This document shows, piece by piece, positions 13,211 through 27,644 of a stretch of 64,000 nt of DNA (position 1 is its first letter; every line of letters begins with the position of its first letter). The position numbers and the translations under genes were made by a program. The stretch is from positions 62,186,001 through 62,250,000 of the forward strand of contig NC_042998.1 of NCBI RefSeq assembly GCF_006345805.1, read 5' to 3'. The notes under the pieces were generated by a model. The model was not told where the DNA came from, did no database searches, and saw nothing but the letters and a program-made list of their open reading frames with translations. This DNA comes from Octopus sinensis. Taxonomy: Eukaryota.

Positions 13211-13601
13211 TCTTTACTATTTTATTTGTTTCAGTCATTTGACTGTGGCCATGCTGGAGCACTGCCTTTAGTCGAGCAAATCAACCTCAGGACTTATTCT
13301 TTGTAAGCCTAGTACTTATTCTATCGGCCTCTTTTGCCAAACTGCTAAGTTAGTAGAATGTAAATACACACCAAAGCTGGTGTCAAGCGATGTTCGGGGG
13401 ACAAACACTGACACACAAACACACACTCACATATATTTGACTGGCTTCTTTCAGTTTCCGTCTACCAAATCCACTCACAAGGCTTTGGTCGGCCTGTGGC
13501 TATAGTAGAAGACACTTGCCATAGTTGCCACACAGTGGGACTGAACCCAGGACCATGTGGTTCGTAAGCAAGCTACTTACCACACAGCCACTCCTACGCC
13601 T
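13211..13601 (-). mobile_element. SINE family A, full length
   Basis: Reverse complement of the 16868 copy. Confidence 0.85.
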
Positions 13602-13767
13602 ATGAACATTTTGGGGGAAGGGGGCTAGTCGATTATATTGACTCCAGTGTGTAACTGGTACTTATTTCATCGACCCTGAAAGAATGACCTCGGTGGAATT
13701 TGAACTCAGAACGTAGCGGCAGATGAAATATGGCTAAGCATTTTGCTTGGCCTGCTAACTGTTTTTT

Positions 13768-14132
13768 ATTCTTTTACTCGTTTCTGTCATTTGACTGCAG
13801 CCATGCTGGAGTACTGCCTTTAATTGAACAAATCAACCCCAGGACTTATTCTTTGTAAGTCTTGTACTTATTTTATTGGGTTTCTTTTGCTGAACCGCTA
13901 AGTTACAGAGACGTAAACACACCAACATCAGTTATCAAGCGATGGTGGGGGGACAGACACAAATAACAAATACATCTATATGACAGGCTTCTTTCAATTT
14001 CCCTCTATCAAATCCACTCATGAGGCTCTGGTCGGCTCGAGGCTATAGTAGACATGGTGCCACGTAGTGGGACTGAACCCAGAACCATGTTATTAGAAAG
14101 CCAGCTTCTTACCACACAGCCACTCCTGTGCC
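13768..14132 (-). mobile_element. SINE family A, full length
   Basis: Reverse complement of the 16868 copy. Confidence 0.85.
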
Positions 14133-14558
14133 TATAATGATAGTAGTAGTAATAATAATAATAATATAGTGATGCAAATGTTTAAAACTAAATCTAACAC
14201 TTCATGCTACACCCACAATAGCCCTTTTTCAGAAGAAAGGATTTTAAACCTAACTTCACCATGGAGAACACAGTGTCACAGCATGAATGAAGAAAGGATA
14301 AATATATGCCTTTTATTGTAGTATTTCAAAGAAAGGAGCCAGTGGCAATGCAGTGGTTACGAGGGAGGTTAGCACATTATGCTAGGTTTTGTTTTAAATT
14401 ATTTGAATGTTTGTGCTTTTATATTATTCTGATGAAAGGCCTGGAAGAATATTTACTCAGAATTATTATTAAATATAAACTTATGTAGTAGATTGCCAAG
14501 AATGTCAAATTTACTTATTTCTCTGAAGATGGGAAAAAAACATGATAAGAAGCCTTAA

Positions 14559-14777
14559 CCCTTTAGTATTTAAACCAGCCATATCCGGCCAAAATAGCTA
14601 ATCTGTTTTACGTTCAAACTGACCAGATTCAGGCTATCGCACCTACCCTACAATATTATTCTATATTAAGTAATTACACCATCAAGATCTTGAAGATATG
14701 AGATAATGCATGACTAATTCAAATCAATGGGAATCAATAGGCATTATGTTTGATTGAATAATCTGAACACTAAAGGG
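14559..14777. mobile_element. piggyBac-like MITE, different family
   Basis: TTAA|ccctttagt...actaaaggg|TTAA. Confidence 0.8.
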
Positions 14778-15095
14778 TTAATCATGTTTTATCTTTTATT
14801 TGGGTCTCATCAGAGATGTTTATATTTCTTGACCGATTCCAGAGAAACAAGTAGCCAGTCCATTTACATACCCTTCATAAAATCTTGTAGCACCAGAGGA
14901 CTCCTGATAAACAGAGCAACTAACTTGCATTCAACTACTGCTTCTTGTATTGGTGACGGCATTCATCTATGGTGTTTTGAGCCAGCTATGACCAGCGAGT
15001 CATGTTCAGAGTTTCAGTGCGAATACAACTTCACATGTGGTCTCTGGTCATCGTGCATACACATTTTGGGATGGTGTGATCCAAAGCAGGTCATC

Positions 15096-15494
15096 TTATT
15101 TCTTTATTGCCCACATGGGGCTAAACATAGAGGGGACAAACAAGGACAGACAAAGTGATTAAGTCGATTACATCGACCCCAGTGCGTAAATGGTACTTAA
15201 TTTATCGACCCTGAAAGGATAAAAGGCAAAGTCGACCTCGGCGGAATTTGAACTCAGAACATAACAGCAGACGAAATACCTATTTCTTTACTACCCACAC
15301 AGAGGAGACAAACAAGGACAGACAGACAGATTAAGTCGATTATATTTACCCAAGTGCGTAACTGGTACTTAATTTATCGACCCCGAAAGGATGAAAGGCA
15401 AAGTCGACCTCGGTGGAATTTGAACTCAGAACGTAACGGCAGACGAAATACCGCTAAGCATTTCGCCTAGCGTGCTAGCGTTTCTGCCAGCTCA
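15096..15494 (-). mobile_element. SINE family B tandem or nested dimer
   Basis: Two bodies joined at gaaatacc|tatttc; only one complete head. Confidence 0.85.
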
Positions 15495-15903
15495 CTATAG
15501 CAAGTCATCTTGCTGTTGATTGCTTTATTTAGTGTTAGAAGCTTGTCAGTGGGTAACCTAATTCGCACAGTATTATGGTGTGATATATTATATGTAAACC
15601 TACATAGAAGGCATACAAACATTTCAAATTTGAATATTTCTCCATAGACTTAAAAAAAAAAAGTGATAAACAACCTTAATTGATTTTCAGCCCTTATTTG
15701 GAGTTTTAAAGGTGTCAGCATTATTGGCAAAGGCCTGGAACTAAGGGTGCAGAAAAATTGGTGGTGTATCTGTATTTGAATAGTTTGATGGACTTATTTT
15801 CAAATTATTTTTGATACACTAAAATAATTTGAAAATATGTTGTGCATGTATTGATTATTTGGTTTTTGGTCTGTAAATGTGCTTTTAAAAAATGAAACAT
15901 TGA

Positions 15904-16062
<159 letters not shown>

Positions 16063-16867
16063 TGAATTAGCAAGTTCACTCTTGCAATAGACCATCTTTT
16101 AGTTCTCAATCTATTTTTACCTATGAACCCCTCTGAATCCTGTTTTATTCTACAGAACCACCACAGCCATTTGATGTTAAAAAAATTTGTATTTGCCCAC
16201 CACAACAGAATTGATATCCTAAAACCAAAGTGTCATGTAAAAAGCCTTGGTGTTGGTTGGTGCTGGCACCGTGTATAAAGTGCTCAGTACATCCTGTAAA
16301 GTGGTTGGCTTTAGGAAGAGCATCCAGCCATTGAAACCATAGTAAAACTGACTATAGAAACTGGTGTGGGGCCCCTGACCTTGTCAATTCCTGTCAAACT
16401 GTTCAACCCATGCCAGCATGGAAAACAGACATTGAATATTGATGATGATGAAATATTTTCAGGAATTGTACAAGTATAACCAATTTATTGCACATAAATT
16501 TTAATAACAAAATCTTATGGGCCCCACAAGGGTCATGTAGACTCCAGTTCAGAATCTCTGACCCCTAGATGAACAAGTTCTACACTTCATCATTTTATTG
16601 TTGTCAGATGATACATTCTACTTCTATCCCCTTAATTTTTGTGACCACTGATATTGCCTCATTGCAAATTAAGGATCTATTTTTGGAATGATGTGTGATT
16701 AGAAAAAGTCAGCTTTACAACTATCTCGTCTCAGATTTAGTCCTACCACTGCACAGCATCTTGGTAAATGTCTTCTATTATAGTCTTGGGCCAACTAATA
16801 CTATGTGAGGGTGATTTGGTAGATAGAAACTGCAAGGAGCCTGTTGTCATTAACATTATCATTATCA

Positions 16868-17262
16868 GGCGCAGGAGTGGCTGTGTGGTAAATAGCTTGT
16901 TTACCAACCACATGGTTCCGGGTTCAGTCCCACTGCATGGCACCTTGGGCAAGTGTCTTCTACTATAGCCTCGGGCCAACCAAAGCCTTGTGAGTAGATT
17001 TAGGAGACGGAAACTGAAAGAAGCCCGTCGTATATATGTATATATATATGTGTGTGTGTATGTTTGTGTGTCTGTGTTTGTCCCCCTAGCATTGCTTGAC
17101 AACTGATGCTGGTGTGTTTACGTTGCCGTCACTTAGCGGTTCAGCAAAAGAGACCGATAGAATAAGTACTGGGCTTACAAAGAATAAGTCCCAGGGTCGA
17201 TTTGCTCGACTAAAGGCGGTGCTCCAGCATGGCTGCAGTCAAGTGACTGAAACGTGTAAAAG
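16868..17262 (+). mobile_element. Full-length tRNA-derived SINE family A (CORE-like centre, internal (TA)/(TG)n)
   Basis: A box TGGCTGTGTGG, B box GGTTCAGTCC, then ccttgggcaagtgtc resembling the MIR/CORE domain; tail ...gctccagcatggc.gcagtcaa.tgactgaaac. Confidence 0.85.
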
Positions 17263-19990
17263 TGAACATTCATGTTCCATGCTGGCATGGATTGGACAGT
17301 TTGACAGGATCTGATGGGTCTTGGGCCTGCACATGTGCAAATGTCTGCTTTGGCATGGTTTCTATGGCTGGATGCCCTTCCTAATACTGACCACTTTATA
17401 GTGTTTATGAGGAGCTTTTCTTCATGTCCGTAACACCAGTGAGATCATTATGCAGTTTGCAAGACTACAAACTCTGAGGGAGCAGCTATGTGGTTGGAGA
17501 TGGGTGTGTATGATAAAAGTATGAGAGAAGGGGATGGTGCAGAACCGGTTTCGTACTGTACAGGTGCTACATGACTATTCACACACTTGTACTCAGATAT
17601 TTGTTATATGCAACAGAAACAGTTAATTTGCCTTTCACAATGTATCTGCATTGAATGTGATACACATTTGCTATTTTAACCTAATGCTGTTTCTGTTGCA
17701 TGTAATACATTCTTATTCAGCTGGGTGACTAATTGCAAGATTTGACTTTTCAATCATTAATTTCTCATATCAGTTATGACAGGTTTTGTTTAAGCATGCA
17801 GCTGGCAATAAGTACATGCTACTGACAAGGCCCAGTGTGGCACATATGTACATCTAACATTCTCACCACTGATGCTGAACAATAGGTTTGTGGTTTTTAA
17901 ACACAGTGCTTCCATCAGGGATATTTAGCCCTACATGAGTACCACAGTAGTACTGTTCATTTGCCTTTTACAAAGTAACTACATGAAGTGTGGTACACTG
18001 ATGGGACGCACACACACACATACAAACACACACACACGCAATCATCACCATCATTTAACATCCACTTTCCATGCTGGCATGGGTTAGATGGTTTGACTGG
18101 AACTGGTTTACTAAAGAGCTGCACCAGGTTCCAGTCTGATTTGGTGTGGTTTCTACAGCTGGATACCCTTCCCAATGCCAACCACTCCAAGAATGTTATG
18201 GGTGCTTTTTATGTGCCACCGACACAAGTGCCATTTACATGACATTGGTAACAGCCACGACTATGATTCCACTTGGTAAGCCAACATGCATGATTATAGT
18301 CAAAGGTGAGATCTAGAAAGGCTCATTGTAGTAAACACATAGTTGTGCTCAAATAATTTGAATCTTTATCAATGGTTAGGTACGCTGGGTAAAGAGTGGT
18401 GTTAAGATAAATCCAGGTGAGCTGATATGGAGATAGTAACGTAAATAAGCCTGATTAGGCTTGATATATATATATATATAAATATACATATACACGTATA
18501 AACACACACACATAACTCTATGTATACGTGTGTGTATCTATATGTATATCTATATATACATCAAGCCTAATTGTGTTTATCTGTATCACAATCTCTCTCT
18601 GTATATATATATCTATATGCATAAACATATTTTGAAAATTGTTAAGAGCCATTGAAGTTATTATGACCACACAAAATGGCAAGATATGTATTTCCATTCT
18701 TAACATGTTCTGGCTGGATTAGATGTGATTAAAGCTTTTTGTTGTTGGATTTCATCTTCAAAGAACATCTTCCTTCAGACAATGTATGCTGACAACACAA
18801 ACACTTTAGTGACATCAGCCAACTCTCAGACACTAGTGTTTCAACATGATTGTGTCTCCTCAGTGAGAAATACTGCTTGGAACCTTGCAGCTAGAGAAAT
18901 ACAATTGCTTCGATCTATAGCTTAATTATGTGGTTTACTTGTTGAGTAGTTTGCACATCAGACAAAATGCTTACTAGCATATCTTTCAGCTCTTTACATT
19001 CTGAGAGCAAATCTCACCAAAGTCAACTTTGCAGTTCATTCCTGTGGTATTGATGTAGTTTAATCCCAGACAGGTACTGGGGTTGATGTAATCAACTTGT
19101 CACCTCCACTAAAAATTACTGGCCTTCAACCTTACAATTGACTGGTGCCCCATTTGGGCAGAATTTTGTTATCTCGATCACTTATATGCTGTAGAAATTG
19201 GATAACTGGCCATATGTGTCTCCTGGGTCTTCTAAAAATAAAACAAATAAAAAAATAGAATTCAGCAAATTCGAAAGAAAATATATATAAGCGCCATCCA
19301 AATGTGGTCGATGCCAATGCCCTCTGACTGGCACCCATGCTGGTGGCATGTAAAAAGCACTCATTATGCTCTTGGAGTAGTTGGTGTTAGGAAGGGCATC
19401 CAGCTGTAGAAACGTTGCCAGATCAGATTGGAGCATCGTGCAAGAAAGAACCAGTCATACCATGCCAACAACTCATCATTCCTTTTAATTCTATTTCATA
19501 GATATAACAAGAAACAAAGAAATTTTATATCTTTGGACATGGTTTTTTGCTTAAGGAGCTTGCCTGTCAACCATGTGTTTTGGATTTAATCCTATTGTGT
19601 GACGTATTTAGCAAGTGTCCCTGAGCCAACCAAAACTTGTGAGTGGATTTGATTGACAGAAAATGAAAGAAGCCCCTCATATGAGTGTGTGTGTGTAAAT
19701 GTTTGTTTTTGTTGTACTACAGCTAGCCTGATTTTATTCTCAATTAATGAAAATATAGCATCAATCATTATCACAACTTGACCCCACAAGAATGGGGATT
19801 CAACATAGAAAGGCCTCCAGTGACCATCCACACTACAATGGTCTCTAACAAACACAATATACAGCTCACAACAATGCACACACACATACACACACACACA
19901 CACAACATACATATAGTGTGTGATATATTGTAAGCAATTTGAAATATTTTTTCCATTCTCTAAACATTTTTTTCCCCTCTTGCTCTCCAG

Positions 19991-20111
19991 AATTATTACA
20001 AAACTGGCCTGGTACGCTGTCCCCCCAGTGTATCTGTTCAGGAACTTCGTGAAGCTTGTGATTATCTCCTCATTCCTTTTGATTCAGACACAGTGAAATG
20101 TCAAAACCTTC
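19991..20111 (+). CDS. BTBD10: BTBD10/KCTD20 exon 3
   Basis: ctccag| ... |gtaagt. Encodes NYYKTGLVRCPPSVSVQELREACDYLLIPFDSDTVKCQNL(R). Confidence 0.97.
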
Positions 20112-20889
20112 GTAAGTACCTTTCTTTTTATTCCGTACCAATTCATGGCTGTTTGTCATCAGATTTAACCAGATTTCTCATTTTGCCATGGCCTTATTAG
20201 GGAGTCATCACCATCACAATCAATTTAATCCTTCAGTGTTCAGATTACTGTGTCAAACGCATGGTTTATTTATTCCCATTGTTTTGAATTAGTTATGCAT
20301 AATCTCCTAGATTCAACATTTGAGTGATGTGGTTGTTTGTTCTTTGAATGACATTGTAAGGTAAATATGAAAGCCCAAATCTGGCTGATTTGAACATAAA
20401 GCAGGAAGAATATTTGGGCTGGATATGGATCTGCCTGGTTTAAATTTTAATGGGTCAATCTCCACTTCTTCATACTTGCATGAGCCAGACAGGTTTTGTT
20501 GAGACAAATTTTTGCAGCCGGATGCAGTTCCTGTCAACAACCCTCAACTGTTTCTGAGTAAGGTAATATTTCTCTAAGGCTTGACATGTTTTCATGGCAG
20601 ATTGGAAACAAACAAAACCACATGTATGGTGATGTTTGTTTACATTTATCACAATGAATATCAGTACAAGGAGAGAAAGAGAGAGACACACACACACACA
20701 TGTATTTGATGAGCTTCTTACTATTTCAATCTACAAAATTCACTCACAGTGCTTTATTTAGCCAAGGGTTGTAGTAGAAGATACTTGCCCAAGGTGTCAT
20801 GCAGTGGTACTGAACCTAAAATTCTGTAGTTGGGAAGTGATCTTCACATCACACTGCCATACCTACACCTGTGTGTAGGCTATATTTTA

Positions 20890-21205
20890 ATGACAGTGGC
20901 ACATGAAAAACATTCGAATGAGGTTGTTGCCAGTGCTACTGGACTGGCTCCTGTGCAGGTGGCACGTAAAAAACACCACTTGAGCATGGCTGTTGCTATT
21001 ACCACCTGACTGGCCCTCATGCTGGTGGTACATAAAAGCACTCACTACACTCTCGGAGTGGTTGGCATTAGGAAGGGCATCCAGCTGTAGAAACTCTGCC
21101 AGATCAGATTGTAGACTGGTACAGCCATCTGGTTTGCCAGTCCTCAGTCAAATTGTTCAACCCATGCCAGCATGGAAAGCGGATGTTAAACGATGATGAT
21201 GATGA
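20890..21205 (+). mobile_element. RTE 3' end; representative of further short copies near 3605-3800, 7285-7495, 8800-9030, 16200-16450, 19290-19445, 23965-24045, 33620-33790, 35735-35920, 39810-39870, 40370-40510 (+) and 17270-17450, 18045-18250, 30140-30310, 30920-31110, 41185-41295, 45410-45560 (-)
   Basis: Shared block ggttggc(a/g)ttaggaagggcatccagctgtagaaac...ccaacccatgccagcatggaa...(GAT)n. Confidence 0.8.
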
Positions 21206-21246
21206 AGATGTGGATTTATGGTTGCAATATTTATCAGGATGGTTAA

Positions 21247-21453
21247 GGTGGAGAGCTGACAGAAACGTTAGGAAGCCAGGCGAAATGCTTAGTAGTATTT
21301 TGTCTGTCTTTACGTTCTGTATTCAAATTCTGCTGAGGTCGACTTTGTCTTTCAGGGTCGATAAATTAAGTACCATTTGCATACTGGGGTCGATCTAATC
21401 GACTGGCCCCCTCCCCAAAAATTTTGAGCCTTGTGCCTGGAGTAGAAAAGAAT
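21247..21453 (+). mobile_element. SINE family B, alternative-tail variant; further copies near 975-1198 (-), 6620-6800 (+), 13020-13190 (-), 13600-13765 (-), 18950-19160 (+), 39400-39560 (+), 42055-42258 (+), 46400-46611 (-), 60480-60610 (-)
   Basis: Family B head and module followed by ...gccttgtgcc..gtagaaa. Confidence 0.75.
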
Positions 21454-22619
21454 ATTTGTCAGGATCAGTAACTATGTTGAATTTTCCTCATTGGTTTGTT
21501 TAGGCCTGGCCAACTCAAATTACATTGCGGGCCACTTTAATCACAGAAAGTTTTTTGAGAGCCACTTGTATACTAACAGAATGGAAAGCATTTTGCTTTC
21601 TCATGCTATTATTACAATAATGAATGAAGGATCATTGATTCAACATGAAATATTATCATTGTAAAAACAGTAGTATCTTTCTTTTTTACTTTTCATTACA
21701 ATCTTTAATTTTTGATAAAATTTTCAAAAGGTTTGTTTAAATAAACCCATTTCAAGAAAATATCAAGTTGGCTGCAAGATAGGAAGCTGCACACGTCCCA
21801 TGGGCTTCAGTTTGGTCAGCCCTAGTTTAGCCCATTCTGTCTAACCAAACAATTGGTACCAGTATATGTGATGATTAGCAGCATATTCATATCTACTTCA
21901 TTGTGCCTTCCTTCTTTCTGGGCACCACCAGAATCCATTTTCCTGCAGGCAAACCAATGAAGGTACCTCTGTTAGAAATAGTAGCCAATAAACAGTAGAG
22001 ACAATAAAAAAAGAAAGATAATGTATTCCTTGATAGAATGTGTGCAAAAGACATGGGATGATCAAAACGGAACATTTATGATCCTAGATTTTCTTGATCA
22101 GGGATAACTTAAGGTTAAATAAACTTGACAGTGGAAAAAATACGCTCCCAGAATGCCACATTATTCTCACATGCAATTAATCATAGAGGACCTATCTAGA
22201 ATTCTAGCTCTAATTATTTGACTGAATACTGACATAGACCTGCTCAATCAAGAGTTGGCATAACACTATGCTATAGGTACCAGAGTAAAATCACTGGAAA
22301 ACAATTATAAACCCATGGTAATACTGTCATTCTTTCTGATAATACTATTGAAATTGGATTGAAAATGTGTCCATTTAGATTTATGGATTGTGGACAGTAC
22401 AGTTGCTGACTTTTAGATATCTGTATTGACCACTCAAATCTCAATTTGATTTACTAAAGGGACATAATATAACAACGCTAAATATAGATTGTCATGATTT
22501 TGAGATAAATGTTTAATTTGAGTCATGTTTATCTGACACTGAGTCAGAATTATCTGGTAATATAGACTCCATCAAGGTATCTGACCATATATATATATAT
22601 ATATATATATAATTATTAT

Positions 22620-23172
22620 TATCATCATCATCACCATCATTTAATGTCTGCTTTCCATGCTGGTATGGATTGGACTGTTTGACTGAAAACTGGAAAGTTG
22701 GGGAGTTACACCAGGTTCCACTCTGATTTGTGATGGTTTCTACAGCTGGATGCTCTTCCTAACGCCAACCACTCCAAGAGTGTAGTGGGTGCTTTTTATG
22801 TGCCACTGGCACGAGTGCCATTGATGTGATATCGGCTTCGGCTATGACTACAATCTCACTTGCCTTGACAGGTCTTCACAAGCATGGTATATTGTCAAAG
22901 GTCTGTCACCTCTTACTGCCTCTATGTGGCCCAACATTCAAACAGTGCATTTTATGTGTCACTGGCACAGGTGCCATCAGACGGCACCAACATCGGCCTT
23001 GGCTACAATTTCGTATGGCTTGACAGGTCTACTTAAGTACAGTATATCGCCCAATGTTTGAAGGGTACTTTTTTACGTGCCAGTTACGCAACACTGGTAT
23101 TGGCCATGACTACGATCCCACATGGTTTGATGGGTTTTTTCAAGCATGGCATATCACCAAAGGTCTTGGTCA
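22620..23172 (-). mobile_element. RTE 3' end, older subfamily
   Basis: (CAT)n, tttctacagctggatg...ccaaccactcc block and diverged repeat units. Confidence 0.8.
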
Positions 23173-23396
23173 CTTAACTATTTAATGTTGTCAATGTCAT
23201 TCCTTAGAGCGCTGGGCTCACAATCATGAGATAGTAAATTCATTTCCCGGACCAGGCTCTGTGTTGTGTTCTTGAGCAAGACACTTTATTTCATGTTGCT
23301 CCAGTTCACACGCTGTAGAAATGAGTTGCAATGTCAGTGGCGCCAAGCTGTATCAGATTTTGTCTTTCCCTTGGTTAATATCAGTGGCGTGGAGAA

Positions 23397-23630
23397 GGTG
23401 GCGAGCTGGTAGAAACGTTAGCATGCTGAGCAAAATGCTTAGCGGTATTTCGCCTATCTTTACGTTCTAAGTTCAAGTTCCGTCTAGGTCGACTTTGCCT
23501 TTCCTCCTTTCAGGGTTGATTAAATAAGTACCAGTTATGCACTGGGGTCGATATAATAGACTTAATCCATTTGTCTGTCCTTGTCTGTCCCCTCTGTGTG
23601 TAGCCCCTTGTGGGCAGTAAAGAAATAAGA
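23397..23630 (+). mobile_element. SINE family B
   Basis: Matches the 26727 copy. Confidence 0.85.
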
Positions 23631-24052
23631 AGGTAGGCTGGTATGCATGCGCAATTGCTGGTCTTCCGCAAACAACCTTGCCTAAACTTGTGTCTCAGAG
23701 GGTAACTTTCTAGGTGCAATCCGATGGTCATTCATGACCGAAGTGGGGAGGGGGTGGTCTTCATTAATCCTATCTTTAGAGCAGTGGTTTATCAGAATTG
23801 TTAGAGTTTCTGTATTTAGTTTGGACTCTCTTTACATCTTGAGTTCAAAACCTACTGAAGCAAACTTGTGATCAGTAAAGTACCAACCTACTACACACTA
23901 GTGTTGATTTAATCAACTATTTTCTTCCCATTCCCAAGTTTCTTGCTTATGTTAAAAGTCACAGCCTACTGGCTTGCCAGTCCTCAGTCAAACCGTCCAG
24001 CCCATGCCAGCATGGAAAACAGACATTAAATGATGATGTTGATAATGACTAA

Positions 24053-24199
<147 letters not shown>

Positions 24200-25239
24200 T
24201 GAAAGTCAAACAACAAAATAATAATCCTTCTTATTATAATAATTGGGCATGTGTCAGTGATGGGATGATTTTAGAAGTTAAGCAGTAATTAGCAAAAGAG
24301 AAAAATAGTTTGAAAATAGTTGAAACATCTATGTCCCAGAATCCTTTTTACTACTTAAGTGTGTCATGAACACATATTCATTGTAAAGAAGAAGCTCTTC
24401 TGCGATGAACATAACAGCAATTTGCATATTCATGTTTGAATCTGATAAAATCTATTAAGAAAAAACTTGCAAGTCATCATTCTGAATCTCGTTTAACGAT
24501 CTGATGACAGTTTATATATAATATAATAAGTGCAGGAGCGGTTGTGTGGTAAGAAGCTTGCTTCCCAACCGCATGGTTCCAGGTTCAGTCCCACTGCATG
24601 GCAACTTGGGCAAGTGTCTTCTACTATAGCCTCATGAGTGGATTTGGTAGGCGGTATAGCAGACTACCAGTTTTATTTATATTGCGAAATTTTCTGGTTG
24701 GTTTGTTTACTTATAGTGCAACGCTACTTTATTATGTTTTCTATTTGGAAATAGATAAATATGTTTAGCTTTTTAAGTAGGGATATATAATGATAAAACC
24801 GTCACTTATAACTTACTTATAAGTGTTATCATTATACGTAAATCCTGACTCCAGCTACAAAAACGCCATAGTGAGAAATATATTTTCTGGAATGCTAATG
24901 GACATTAATCGTGTATGTGTGTTAAATATGAATATTTTGTGTTCTTTTAACTGCTATAAAAAAAATACAGTTTCATAATTACAGGAATGCATTTCATTAA
25001 TAAGGTGAAGAACATGAAGAAAGAGAAAATAATTTCTACATTATTTTATTATATACCCATAGCATTTTTAATATTTATAATACATTTTGAAACATAGTAA
25101 TTTTGTCGTAGAGAATTACGACTTAATATTTTAGCTAACTAGTTCCTCATTCTAGCTATTATAAATCTCAACAATTCAAACAAGTCTTGTTGGATTTTTC
25201 ATAGACATGGCATAAAAATATAACCAATGTCTCAAAGGA

Positions 25240-25459
25240 GTGAGTGTCGTGGAGTTTAGTTACATCCCACAAACACTGAAGTTTTTCCCAAAATCCAGGT
25301 TTTTTTATAACTGCTCAACTTGACTTTAAAGAATCAAGATCACATAAAAATATTCTTTAACTAATTTTTAGAATTCCTATATCTGCAGTTATAAAAACCC
25401 TGGATTTTGGGAAAAACTTCAGTGTTTGCTGGATGTAACTAAACTCCACGACACTCACC
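25240..25459. mobile_element. Foldback MITE with about 80-bp arms, possibly Kolobok-like
   Basis: 25240-25318 is the reverse complement of about 25384-25458; right end CC|TTAA. Confidence 0.65.
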
Positions 25460-25877
25460 TTAAGCTAAGCCTGAAAGCAATGAAGTCATAAAAGAATCAT
25501 CCAAAACTTGCAGTAAACAACATTTATTAAAATAAAAGTGTTCAGAACACAGAATAACACTTAACAAAAACAATTTGCAAACATATTTACATACCCATAT
25601 AACAGTTAAGAACATCACCATTATTGTATTACACATGTGCAGAAGTGTTTGTTCGACTAGGTGCTGCTGGCTTAATTTCGCATGACTCAAGTTAGAGAAG
25701 AGGTGCGTGTTATACTCAAGGGCGGACTATACACAAGGATTTACGGTGTATATATATATATATATATATATATGTTTTATTTGATTCAGTCATTTGACTG
25801 TGGCCATGCTGGAGCACCGCCTTATGTGTATTTGTGTGTCTGTCCCTTCCTACCATCGCTCAACACCAATGTTGGTG

Positions 25878-26597
25878 TCATCATCATCATCATCATCATT
25901 TAACGTCCGTTCTCCATGCTAGCATGGGTTGGACGGTTCGACCGGGGATCTGGGAAGCCAGAAGGCTGCACCAGGCTCCAGTCTTATCTGGCAGTGTTTC
26001 TACAGCTGGATGCCCTTCCTAACGCCAACCACTCCGTGAGTGTAGTGGGTGCTTTTTACGTGCCACCTGCACAGGTGCCAGGCGAGGCTGGCAACGGCCA
26101 CGGTCGGATTGGTGTATTTTATGTGCACCGGCACGGAAGCCAGACGAGGCGGTGCTGGCATCGGCCACGAGTCGGTTGGTGCTTTTTACGTACCACCAGA
26201 CCAGGGATCCTGGCTGGTTCAATTCGATTTCGATTTCCCCAACATGTCTTCGCAAGCAAGGGGGTTGGCATGGGTGCCTGTTGTACGGTCAGATTGGTGT
26301 ATTTTACGTGCCACCGGCACGGAAGCCAGTGGAGGCGGCACTGGCATCGGCCACGAGTCGGATAGTGCTTTTTACGTACCACCAGACCAGGGAACCTGGC
26401 TGGTTCAATTCGATTTCGCTTGCCCCAACATGTCTTCGCAAGCAAGGGGGTTGGCATGGGTGCCTGTCGTACGGTCAGATTGGTGTATTTTACGTGCCAC
26501 CGGCACAGAAGCCAGTGGAGGCGGCGCTGGCATCGGCCACGAGTCGGATAGTGCTTTTTACGTACCACCAGACCAGGGATCTTGGCTGGTTCAATTC
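25878..26597 (-). mobile_element. Young RTE 3' end, same subfamily as 9311, nested in a SINE
   Basis: Near-identical 3' terminal region to the 9311 copy; about 186-bp unit repeated 2.3 times; interrupts a CORE-like SINE tail (about 25830 and 26598-26722). Confidence 0.9.
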
Positions 26598-26726
26598 GAG
26601 TTTGGCGAAAGAGGCCGATAGAATAAGTACTGGGCTTACAAAGAATAAATCCTGGAGTTGAATTGTTTGATTAAAGGCAGTACTCCAGAATGGTCGCAAT
26701 CAAATGACAGAAACAAATAAAAGAAC

Positions 26727-26960
26727 GCGGCGAGCTGGCAGAAACGTTAGCATGCCTGATGAAATGCTTAGCAGTATTTTGTCTGTCTTTACATTCTGAG
26801 TTCAAATTCCGCTGAGGTTGACTTTGCCTTTCATCCTTTCGGGGTCGATTAAATAAGTACCAATTATGCACGGGGGTCGATGTAATCGACTTCATCCCTT
26901 TGTCTGTGCTTGTTTGTCCCCTCTATGTTTAACCCCTTGTGGGCAATAAAGAAATAAGAA
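26727..26960 (+). mobile_element. tRNA-derived SINE family B, full length
   Basis: GGCGAGCTGGCAGAA (A box), GAGTTCAAATTCC (B box), ggggtcgat module and gcaataaagaaataa tail. Confidence 0.85.
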
Positions 26961-27264
26961 ACCAGTAAAAGAATATATAGTGGAAAATTAAGATAAACCC
27001 CAGTATAATTATTTAGTTCCAATGTACGTTTCACCATTGCAGTTATTTGCAACATGGCATTGGATATTCCAAGTGCATTTGGATGCCTGACTGCAACAGA
27101 TTATCAGGGGAACACTTTATTGCATTCTATTACAGAGATTCAATATCTAAAAACCGACATGTATTCATATATGTATGTAGCAACATCAAAAATTAGTATT
27201 GCTTCAGCATGACCGCAGTCTAGTCATTGAAATTGGTAAAAGAGCAAACAAGTGTTTTGGCTAA

Positions 27265-27453
<189 letters not shown>

Positions 27454-27644
27454 TAGTAACTTCCATTTATTATTTACTTACTTGTTTATGCTGTTCCTAC
27501 AACAACAACAGCAGTGGCACCTGTTGTTGTTGTTGTGGTGATGGGGTAGAAAATAATGGTATTAACCCACAAAGCACTGGGACTTGCACTTACATAGCAT
27601 GGACCACTGGGCACATTTTATGAGAATGAAACTTCCATGCACAA

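Noticed and set aside
21501-21824. hAT MITE
   Set aside because: The right end looks hAT-like, but the left TIR and TSD could not be made consistent.
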